From assembly GCA_037447605.1 (NCBI GenBank), contig CM074810.1, positions 124,001 through 188,000 on the forward strand: 64,000 nucleotides of DNA, given 5' to 3'. Under the pieces are notes generated by a model. The model ran no database searches and was not told the DNA's origin. It was given only the letters and a program-made list of their open reading frames with translations. This stretch comes from Zygnema circumcarinatum SAG 698-1b (Eukaryota; Plantae; Zygnematophyceae). Positions 46,188 through 58,266 of the stretch are shown one piece after another. Position 1 is the first letter of the stretch; each line of letters starts with the position of its first letter. Made by a program: the position numbers and the translations under genes.

Positions 46188-47977
46188 TCACTCTCCCACC
46201 ACCTCAATAAGTGAGGGCTCGTATTCCTTCGGCGCCTCAAAGCCGACCAAATTGATGAAGGTGGCGGCCACATTGGCCAAACCCGCGTTTGGAAGATCCT
46301 TCCGGAAGCGAACGTTCTTTGGAAGACCCGGCCCGCCAATCGCAATTGGAACCTGTTATTTCGCCACACATAGAGAACACCGTTTTTTTCAGTGAAGGTG
46401 TTGCTCAGCCCTCTTAAAGGGTCTTCCTTCATTGCGAATCAATGCATTCAGCAGAGCATTTCCCAATGGCAATTTGCCAAGTCAAAAAAATTATGAACGT
46501 GGCAAATTGCCATTGGAAGATGGTCGACAATAGTTCGGAATATATAAAGGCACTAAGGCCCTCCCCCCCCCCTCTCAATCCATGCCAGAAGGGAAAACGG
46601 GTAAATAGGAGTAGTTGTTGTTGATGTTGTGTTGTGTTTTTTTTTTTTTTGGTAAATAAGAGTCAAACAGAATGAGCATACGTACCGGCGAGCACGTGTG
46701 CGAAGTGAGGACCTGCACCTCGCCATCCTTCATCACAGGTTCGCCCGTTTTAGGGTTCCGCTTAACCATGTCCTCCGCGTTTCCATGGTCCGCAGTTACA
46801 AGAAAAATGCCTCCCACCTCTTCCACCGCATCCAAAATAATCTGCTTGATAAAAGTCAAAACGAGTCAAACGAGTTGATCAGAAATCACAAACGTAAACA
46901 TAACTGCAACAAACCATTTAAAATTATGGTCATGTTCTCGCCGTACGGCACTTTTCGACTCCTCCTTTCAGAAAAGCTCTATCACCTTCCAATGCTCATT
47001 CAATGATTCTAATGAACAGTAAATTTCTTCAAACATAGCTATAACTCTGCAAGCAAGCACCAATTGGGCGATTCTGGGACCATTATTGCAATTATTGGGT
47101 TTTTAGGGTTTTTAGGGAGGGGAAAAACCCTAAAAACCCGAAAAACTCGACAACTGCGGACTGCGCGCCAAGTATTGGGCAGTCGCACGCGCGGCTGTGC
47201 GACGTCGCAAGAATCGGAAGGCGGTCGCGCAGCGACTCACAGCGCGTCAAACGCGTCGCACGGTCCGCGCGTTGTCCAGAACCCGTCGGGCGGACAACCC
47301 TAAAAATCTTCTCGCCGTCGTTTGCAGCGAACGAGCGAGCTAAAACAAAAGGGGAAAAGATCGCATAAAGTAAAAAGCTTAGGCCTAAAAAAAAAAAAAA
47401 AAAAAAAAATGAGCAAGGGTTCGCCTTAGAAAGTCGAACCTTCCAAATGCGAGCACATATTGAATGAGCGGCATTGCCCGCCATTCATTCATTCATTGCC
47501 TCGCTGGGCTAAGTAAGGACTTGACTAATTTGACTCGAGTTGGCTAGAGTTGACTAACTTTGACCGCCCTGTCAGCTGCTTCGCATGCAGCGATGGTCGC
47601 CTTGAGGTCCCCCGTGTGGCCCACCATGTCGCCGTTTGCCAAATTTACACGAACCTGCAAAACCATACAAATAAATGAAATAAAAGAAGAAACATGTATA
47701 AACACAATATCTACCACCATCTAACAAAGTATTCAACTGCTGAAGTTTTTCATTTCATTTTTTTTTTGTTAAAAGCACGCCCACCATGTCATATTTTCGG
47801 CTCAAGAGAGCCTCACTCGCCCGCTGAGCGATCAACTCTGCCTTCATTTCCGGCTTCTTGTTGAAAGTGATCCCCTGATCACTTTGAATCTCCGCATACT
47901 CCTCCAATGCTTCATCCAGTTTCCCGGAACGGTTTCCGTTCCAAAAGAAGGTCACGTGCCCAAACTTCACCGTCTCA
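46188..47977 (-). CDS. iPGAM: iPGAM copy 2, C-terminal part only (5' exons lost at N gap)
   Basis: Exons 47977-47785, 47654-47559, 46841-46686, 46352-46188. ETVKFGHVTFFWNGNRSG, NGDMVGHTG, ADHGNAEDMVKR, TSHTCSP|VPIAIGGPG, YEPSLIEVVGE*. Confidence 0.93.
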
Positions 47978-48132
47978 CTGCGCACCGCATGGAGAGAGAA
48001 AAAAATGTAAAAAACCAACAAAAAAACCCCCATAACCCTAAAATTCCCAAACCTCCTTAAAACCCCTAAAGACATGAAAAGATGAAACCATTCATCTCCC
48101 ACAACAGCACCTAGAGTGAGTGAGTCAGCCCC

Positions 48133-48232
48133 NNNNNNNNNNNNNNNNNNNNNNNNNNNNNNNNNNNNNNNNNNNNNNNNNNNNNNNNNNNNNNNNNNNN
48201 NNNNNNNNNNNNNNNNNNNNNNNNNNNNNNNN
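48133..48232. other. 100-N scaffold gap (10-N gaps also at 2305, 10041, 32830, 56113)
   Basis: Runs of N; the 10-N gaps all lie in GA/CT tracts. Confidence 0.99.
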
Positions 48233-48305
48233 CGACAGCCAAACGTCGACAAATTCAAAGTAATGTAAGAAGGAACGAAGGGGGTGGGGGGAGAAATGGG
48301 CCAAC

Positions 48306-50232
<1,927 letters not shown>

Positions 50233-52089
50233 CTGCAGGTGAAATGCATGAACACAAAAATAAATGATCACAAGAAATGCAGACGAACAAAATCATATAT
50301 TAAACAACTACTTGACCGGATTCCATGAATATTTTATAGATGGCACGTACACGTATATAATCATCTCTTGATCCGGCAATAGACGTTGATGCAAATGTTC
50401 AGTGAGACTTGGATCAACGGATAACCCAATCTTCAGAACAACGTCAAGAAGTTAAACCTTCTGATGGATGGATCCCCCCGAATGGATGTGCGGATCAACA
50501 GAATGCGCACCGTTTCCGATTGACTTCGGGGCCGAAGTTGAACCTTTTGAACCCTTCCCTTCACCTCCGAACATGGCGCACGTGTGGACGCCCCCCTGCA
50601 TTACATTTCCTTGAAAAACATGGTTACTTTAAAAAAGGCTTACAGGGAAAATCTGCGTTACACTCTAACTTTCATTTCATGGGTTCAATGAGACTTTGAG
50701 AAATACACACACCATATTTTTAGGTTGCCAATTTTAAATCTTAAATCTCCGAATTTTTTGCATACCCTTCAACCCTAAATCTCCTCACTCAATCCTAAAC
50801 CCTACCCCTGTAACACAAACCGAAACCTTAAACTCTGCAAACCCTAAAACTTGAACCATAAACCCTAACCCCTAAGCCCCTTACCTCCACGTGGCGCGTC
50901 CTCCAAGCGTCCGCCCATCCTCTCACCGCCTTTCTCCCGCCCGCCACGTGGCGTCCGCAAAGCCACTGCACCCCCCCGACCTTTGCGGAGAGCTCCCTTC
51001 CTCTCAGCTTCTGACACGTGGCAAGCCCCCTGACCGCCACGTGTCCACGAGGGGGCCATCGCGGAAGGGGCGCGGCGGGCCGAGGGAGGAGGAGGGAGGA
51101 GGCGCCATGCGGCATGGCGCGGAGGAGGATTAGGGTTCAGCCTCGGATTTAGGGTTCAGGGACCTTCCCAGTTGCCCTCGAAAGCAGGTCTAGGGTTTTA
51201 GGGTTTGCGTTTAGGGTTCGGTGTTTAGGGTTTCCAAGGGACGACCTCAGTTCAACTGAACTGGACAGCATGGAACCGTAACTGCATCCCAACAGAAAAT
51301 CAGGGGAGCATACATAGAAATTTCGTACTGTACTGTCGTGTGGTCCGTACATTTGTACCATCTGTCCGTCCATGACTAACGCACTTTGACTACGAATTCG
51401 TAGTCGACTAAAGTCTAGACGATTGTCATAGGTGACTAAACTGGTCATGCATGCATGCCGGATGATGGCATCCTATGTCACATAGAACAGTCCGAATTAC
51501 TGTCCGTACATTATCCACACGGTTTACGTGGATGCCGTTAGAGTGGTAAAATGTTGGAGCTGATGCATGCATGAATAGAACATGGACGTTGGCCAACACA
51601 GCCATGAATGGTCATGCCCAAGAGGCGAAAAAGTGGGAGAGCCCCACTTCACTCTAGCGACTCGCCCACAGCCCATCATCGCTCGTTCATATCTGAAGCT
51701 ATTAATGGCGATGTGCTTTGGACGAGGAATCGGTAATCGGAATAGCTCGAGTCGATTCGAGTGTTGTGCTATTGAGAGAGAGTGAGGGCCTTGTTCTCAA
51801 GTGTGGTTGAAGCCCAACTTAAACCGAACTTGTTCAACAAAAATGGCTTCCGTGACAAGTTCGGTCCTAGCATGTGATGGAATCCGTTGTCTGACTACTA
51901 CTACTCGCAGGGATGGCGATGGCAGAGGAATGAGAGATGGGAAACATATGAGAGATGGAAGAGGAGGAGGAGGAGGCGGAGTACCCAGCCTGCTTCCATT
52001 TGTACACGAAAACAAAGTTGCAAATAAGAAAAATGTGCAATTGGGGACTCTTCAGCCAAACCGTGCCACGGAAATGCCCCTTCTGAGCA

Positions 52090-55000
52090 CTACGCGGAAT
52101 CCTCAAAGCCCATTTCATCTCCTTCCGCTTCCGCGCGCAGCATTTCAAAGCGAACCATCTCTATCTGCACATGAATAGGAGAAGGGGGAGAGGGAGAGCG
52201 AGAGGGAGGGGGAGAGGGAGAGGGAGAGGGAGAGGGAGAGGGAGAGGAGAAGGGAGAGAGGGAGGGAGAGGGAGAGGGAGAGGGAAGGGAGAGGGAGAGG
52301 AGAGGGAGAGGGAGAGGGAGAGGGAGAGGGAGAGGGAGAGGGAGAGGGAGAGGGAGAGGGAGAGGGAGAGGGAGAGGAGAGAGAGAGGGAGAGGAGAGGG
52401 AGAGGGAGAGGGAGAGGGAGAGGGAGAGAGGGAGAGGGAGAGGGAGAGGGAAGGGAGAGGGAGAGGGAGAAGGAGAGGGAGAGGGAGAGGCAGAGGGAGA
52501 GGGAGAGGGAGAGGGAGAGGGAGAGGGAGAGGGAGAGGAAGAGGGAAAGGGAAGAGGGAGAGGGAGAGGGAGAGGGAGAGGGAGAGGGAGAGGGAGAGGG
52601 AGAGGGAGAGGGAGAGGAGAGGGAGAGGGAGAGGGAGAGGGAGAGGAAGAGGGAGAAGGAGAGGGAGAGGGAGAGGGAGAGGGAGAGGGAGAGGGAGAGG
52701 GAGGAGAGGGAGAAGGAGAGGGAGAGGGAGAGGGAGAGGGAGAGGGAGAAGGAGAGGGAGAGGGAGAGGGAGAGGGAGAGGGAGAGAGGGAGAGGGAGAG
52801 CGAGAGGGAGCGGGAGAGGGCAGAGGGAGAGGGAGAGCGAGAGGGAGAGGGAGAGAGAGAGCGAGAGGGAGCGGGGAGGGAAGGAAGGGAGAGGGAGAGT
52901 GAGGGAGAGGGAGAGAGAGTGAGAGGGAGCGGGAAGAGGGAAAGGCAAGGGAGAGGGAGAGCGAGAGGGAGAGAGAGCGAGAGGAGCGGGAGAGGGACAG
53001 GGAGAGGGAGAGGGAAAGCGAGAGGGAGAGGGAGAGAGAGAGCGAGAGGGAGCGGGAGAGGGAAAGGCAAAGGGAGAGGGAGAGCGAGAGGGAGAGGGAG
53101 AGAGAGAGCGAGAGGGAGCGGGAGAGGGAAAGGCAAAGGGAGAGGGAGAGCGAGAGGGAGAGGGAGAGAGAGAGCGAGAGGGAGCGGGAGAGGGAAAGGC
53201 AAAGGGAGAGAGAGGACGAGGAAGAGGAGCAGAAAGGGATGGGGGCAGTGGGAGAAAAAGCAGAGCGTGAGGAAGGATAGACGCAGAGGGGGAGGGAGAG
53301 AGCGAGGGAGGCAGCTATCTCCTCGAGCTAATCTCTGCCTTTACAAATTTCACACTTTCTCTTTCCCTCCCGAACGAAAGTAAGTACCTGCTCGTCCGAA
53401 AGCCTCCTTTGGACGGCACTGAACAGAAGCTTCCTATTGGTCTGCGGGCTGCCAGCTGTCCGTCCGTACAGAGCTGCCACGTCAGCATAGGCGTGCACCT
53501 GCACCGAGAGCCCCGCCCGCGCGAAGGTCTCCGCCAGAGCCGCCTCCTTCAAAGGCCCGCCCCAAAACCCTAATTTTGTCACTTTTTTTTTTCCGGCATT
53601 CATAATAAAAAAAGAAATAGCATCAAAATAAGATCGTTCCCCAGTCATGGCGGAGGGTTCGGAAGCTTCCGCGCACCTGCTCGCGGTCCTCCCCCTCCAC
53701 CTGCAGCGCGCCACGTGGCAGCTCTCCAGCGAATAGCGAGCCTTCCGCGGCCAGGCTGCTGACGTGGCCGAGGACCCCCTGCAGGCCCGCCGCCGTGACC
53801 CCCTCCAAGTCCTGCCCCGCCCTCGGCCCTCCAAACCCTAAAAATCCGAAACAGCCCTAAAGCTTGGGAACATTCAAACGACAGCAATGCTGAAGGCCCT
53901 GAACCCTCCAAAAACCCTCGCATGCTCAGAAACCCTAAAGTAGCCAAAACCCTAGGATCCGTACACATCCTGGCATCCCTCAAACCCTAAAAGCCCCAAA
54001 ATAACCTAAACTCCCTACACAGCAGAAACCCCCCCCCTTACATCCTACACTCCGGGATGTCTATAATAACCTTTAACAGTCCTCCAAACCCTAAACCCTA
54101 AACCCTGAAACCCTAAAACATAAAACCCTAAACCCTTGACCCTAAACCCTAAAACCCTAAACTCTAAATCCCTAGACCCTACACCCTACAACCCTAAACC
54201 CTAAAACCTAAAACCCTAAACCCTAAACCCCTAACCCTACACCCTAAAACCCTAAAACCTAAAACCCTATAAACCCTAAAAACCTAAAACCCTAGAACCC
54301 TAGAACCCTAAACCCTAAACCCTAAACCCTAAACCCTAAACCCTAAACCCCTGCAGAGCGGGCCCCACCTGCAGCAGCCAGAGGCTCGGGCGGTCCCCGC
54401 GGAGGCCCATCCTCCGAAGCTTCTCGCCCCACCCCTCGTCCCGCCAGTCCACTCCGAGCGCCACGTCAGCGCTGACGTGGCGCAGCAGGCAGCCTCGGGG
54501 CGTTTTAGCGCCGACACCTGTCCGCCACGCTCCGTTGGAATCGAAAACAGTACAGCGGTTAGGGTTTGGACAAGGGTAGCGAAGTACGGATATCTATTTA
54601 CTCGAAATAATTTCAACTTTGTGCTTTTTTTTTTCTTGTGTCCTTCCGTTGGGCAGTTTTAGGGTTTTGCAGTTCTCAGAACCTTTCAGGATGTCGGCCG
54701 CGAGGCCGTACACCTCCACGGGAGACACGTCAAAGAGCCGCATGGAGGCCGGCCATGGCAGACGGTACGGCCTCGTGTCCATGCCACCTGTCAGCAGCAC
54801 AGCCTGCCACGTGGCATTATATCAATGAGAGACACACACATACACAGTTCTCCTTGTCCTCCTCTCCCTCTCCTCTCCCTCGCCCTCTCCCTCCGCTGTT
54901 ACTCCCTCTCTCCTCTCCCGCTCCTCTCACTCTCCCTCTCCCTCTCACTCCCCCTCCGCTCTCACCCCCCCTCTCCTCTCCCTCCCCCTCTCCCTCCCCT

Positions 55001-57225
55001 CTTACCCCCTCTCTCCTCTCCCGCTCCTCTCACTCTCCTTCTCCCCCCCTCTCATTTCTCCTCTCCTTTCCCTCTCCCTCTCGTCTCACTCTCCCTCTCC
55101 TCTCACTCTCCTTCTCCCCCCCCTCTCATTTCTCCTCTCCTTTCCCTCTCCTCTCCCTCCCTCTCCCTCCCTCTCCCTCTCCTCTCCCTCCCCCTCTCCC
55201 TCCCCCTCTCCCTCCCCCTCTCCTCTCCCTCCCTCCTCTCTCCTCTCCCTCTCCTCTCCCTCCCCCTCTCCTCTCCCTCCCTCTCCCTCCCTCCCTCCCT
55301 CTCTCCCTCTCCTCTCCCTCCCTCTCTCCCTCTCCTCTCCTCTCCTCTCCTCTCCCTCTCCTCTCACTCTCCAACTCCCTCCCCCTCACTTCTCCTCTCC
55401 TTTCCCTCTCCCTCTCCTCTCACTCTCCCTCTCCCTCCCCCTCTCACTGCCCCTCTCCTCTCCTTCCCCTCTCACTCCCCCTCCCCTCCCCCTTGCCCCT
55501 CCCAGTACTGGGAGACAAAAGAACAAAAGCAGAATCTCTTCAACAAAAGGACCGAACAGCGAGGGCTGAGCGCCGCCTTCACCTGCCTCCCCTCCGCCTC
55601 TTGCCGCCCCGCAAACTCTAAAATTAGGTCATCCAAAAACCGCGTGGCTGCCACGTAGGACTGTGCTGACTCAGCATCGCCCGCCTCGGGATCCATCCCC
55701 TCCGCCATGGCTGCCGCAAAGGGGTCATGAAAGAGCGCATCTGCAGATTTTTTTTTTTTTTTTTTTTTTCAGCAAACAATAGTTCAGTGCTTAAACTATT
55801 TCTTTACGAAGTTTAATCAGAACTTAGATTTTTTTTTTTTTTTTTTAATGAGGGTGTAAGCCGGGGGTGTAAGGGGGGGCCTCCTGACCGGATCGGAGGC
55901 TCTCCTCCTCTCTGAGGCGCGCCGCCCTCCGCGCGTCGACGATTTGCCGCCGATCGCTGTCAGCCGGCGCGGCTGCAGTTCCGTTTTCCGCTGAAAATTC
56001 AGTTTCGCGTATTGAATGAGAAAACTAGCGATAGGTGAGTTAATGGGGCTGAACGGGAGAGGGGAACGAGAAGAGGGAGGGAGTGGGGGGTTGGGGTGGG
56101 AGAGGGAGAGGGNNNNNNNNNNGAGGGAGAGGGAGAGGGAGAGGGAGAGGGAGAGGGAGAGGGAGAGGAAGAGGGAAAGGGAAAGAGGGAGGGAAGGAAG
56201 CGCCAACAGACCCCAAGGTTAACCTTTAGGCGGTGGATCCCGACAAGGGGATCTGAGGATGAACTGAATGCCCACCGTTTCCCGTTGATCTCAGCGCCGG
56301 AGGGAAGCTGCTCGTTGAAGCGCTGCCTCCAATTCCGAACGCAGCGCACGAGCAGGCTCCTGCCTGGAGGAAGTAAAGAAAACTTCAAATGCTCCGGTAA
56401 AGAAAAAATATCCTTAACGATATCAAATTCTACAGCTCAAATAATTACTTAATTTCAATGTTTGAGCGGTTAAATTTAAAATCATATTTTGAAACCCTAA
56501 TAACTCATCGTCCACCCTAGATCCTAAAACCATCATTTCCAAAACCCCATATTGGAATGAACGTCTTAGACTCTAAACCCTAAACCTTAATCCCTAAACC
56601 TTACACTGTACAGCCTGAACCCGACCCAACGCCTAAACCCTAATCCCTAAAACTGAATCCTAACCCTAACCCTTGCCGTAGTTATAAATCCTAAACCTTA
56701 CAAACAAACCCTAACCCTAATCCCAAATCCTAACCCTAGAACCTAGACCCTAAGCCGAGGGCCTAGACCATCATTTCCTCGGCCTATGTTTGAATATAAG
56801 CCCAAATGTCAAACCCTGATATCCAACCGTACAGCATAAACCCTAACTCTTAAAAAGAATCAAGCATGCGTCCACCTCCGTCTTCTGCTCCCCCCATCCC
56901 CCTGAACCCTAAAACCTAAACCCTAAACCAAGAAATCCTAAAAATGTAAACTGAAATTGGATTTTTTTTTTTTTTTTTAAATGGTGTTCACCTTCGCTCG
57001 ACCTTGAAGCTCTCCATTTGTCCTCCTCCTCCCGACTGCCACGTGTCCGCGTGACCGCTCCCCGCTCCTTGCGTTCCGTATGCGTTGGTTCGTCAGTCTA
57101 GTACCACTGAACTGCGGACGGAACTGAAAGTCTGACAGCGCCATGGATCCGGCCCACAGGTCGCTCCCCGACGCCAAACTTTGAACAGAGAAAGCCGGAA
57201 CCGAGACGGTGACCCCTGCCATCAT
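52090..57225 (-). CDS. Plastid-targeted LCM-family SAM-dependent methyltransferase (At4g02405-like)
   Basis: Well-supported exons 55972-55889, 55740-55583 ([16 protein letters not shown]), 54803-54683 ([12 protein letters not shown]), 54517-54369 ([24 protein letters not shown]), 53811-~53676, ~53540-53388 (QRRLSDEQ), 52164-52090 ([11 protein letters not shown]). Transit-peptide exons near 57225-57000 and 56370-56260 have uncertain boundaries. Confidence 0.82.
52175..53215. repeat. (GAGAGG)n tract plus longer purine-rich units, last LCM intron
   Basis: Seen directly. Confidence 0.92.
53830..54350. repeat. Interstitial telomere-type repeat (CCCTAAA)n in LCM intron
   Basis: About 6 perfect units at 54305-54350, grading into degenerate units toward 53830. 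Confidence 0.92.
54850..55500. repeat. CT-rich low-complexity tract, LCM intron
   Basis: Seen directly. Confidence 0.85.
56470..56945. repeat. Degenerate CCCTAAA/CCCTAA telomere-like array in first LCM intron
   Basis: Many AACCCTAA(A), CCTAAACC and ACCCTAG variants. Confidence 0.7.
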
Positions 57226-57336
57226 TATTATTTTGTCATACACGCCCTCGCTCTCTGTCGTTTCGCGGAGACTTTCGTAGGAATTTAATACGATAAAGTA
57301 CATGTACGGCCATTCGACGATTCGACAATATATCTA

Positions 57337-58266
57337 GGGTAGTGATATTTCCACCCCTTTTTTGGATCCAAACACCCCTTCCCGGCCGGGCAGATTTCAA
57401 AAGGGATTAAAAACGGAAAATGCTTTTTTCACACCTTTTTGGAATCGATACCCACCTTCCATCGGCAGATTTTATTTTTGCGAAACAAGAAAAATGATAA
57501 CCCGTCACCCCATTTTGAATATCCCGCCTACTTGAATTTCTTTTCACGCGTGCGGTCAATCGCAGCCGTCGATTCCCTCGCAGATCGCAACATGGCAGAT
57601 CACTATTTGATCTGCACCGGGCTCGGTCACAGCGAATGGCAGGTGCCCACGTATCCCGCCAAAGTCGCCTCAAAAATTGTCCGTACAAATATCGTACGGT
57701 CGCAACTTTGAGGAACCCAAAATTTCGTACATTGAGAGCTTGGACCAATCAAAATTTTCCACGTCAAAACTGCAACACGTGGCAGCTGTTGATTGGCTGG
57801 GAGGTAACAATGACGAGATCTCGGGCCGAAAGACGCGCGCACTCGCACCTGCGATCCGGCTTTGACGGGACTCGTGGGCGCTTTCCATTCGCTAAGATCG
57901 AACGGTGACCTGCAGTGGTGCGATCTGCGTGGGAATCGACAGCTGCGATTGACACACACGTGTGAAGGACGGACTCCCGCGAACGATCTCGTGGCGGACG
58001 GATTTTCCACTTCGATCGGATTCGGGCTGGCAGATATTTTTTTCCCTCAAAAAAAAAATTCAGGGAGGCGGGATACAGTATTCAAAATGCAGTGATGGGT
58101 TATCATTTTCCTTGGTTAGCAAAAATAAAATCAGCCGACGGAAGAAGGTGGGTATCGATTCCAAAAAGGTGTGAAAAAAGCATTTTCCTTTTTTAATCCC
58201 TTTTGAAATCTGCCCGGCCGGGAAGGGGTGTTTGGATCCAAAAAAGGGGTGGAAATATCACTACCC
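57337..58266. mobile_element. Non-autonomous foldback/MITE element, ~930 bp, long TIRs, TA flanks
   Basis: Outer ~79 bp (57335-57413) is an exact reverse complement of the right end (~58190-58268); imperfect match continues ~200 bp, with an inner block 57552-57602 vs 57906-57965. TA|GGGTAGTG...CACTACCC|TA. No transposase ORF. Confidence 0.88.

Noticed and set aside
54083-54350. True chromosome end
   Set aside because: Short tract inside an intron, with intact exons of one gene on both sides.
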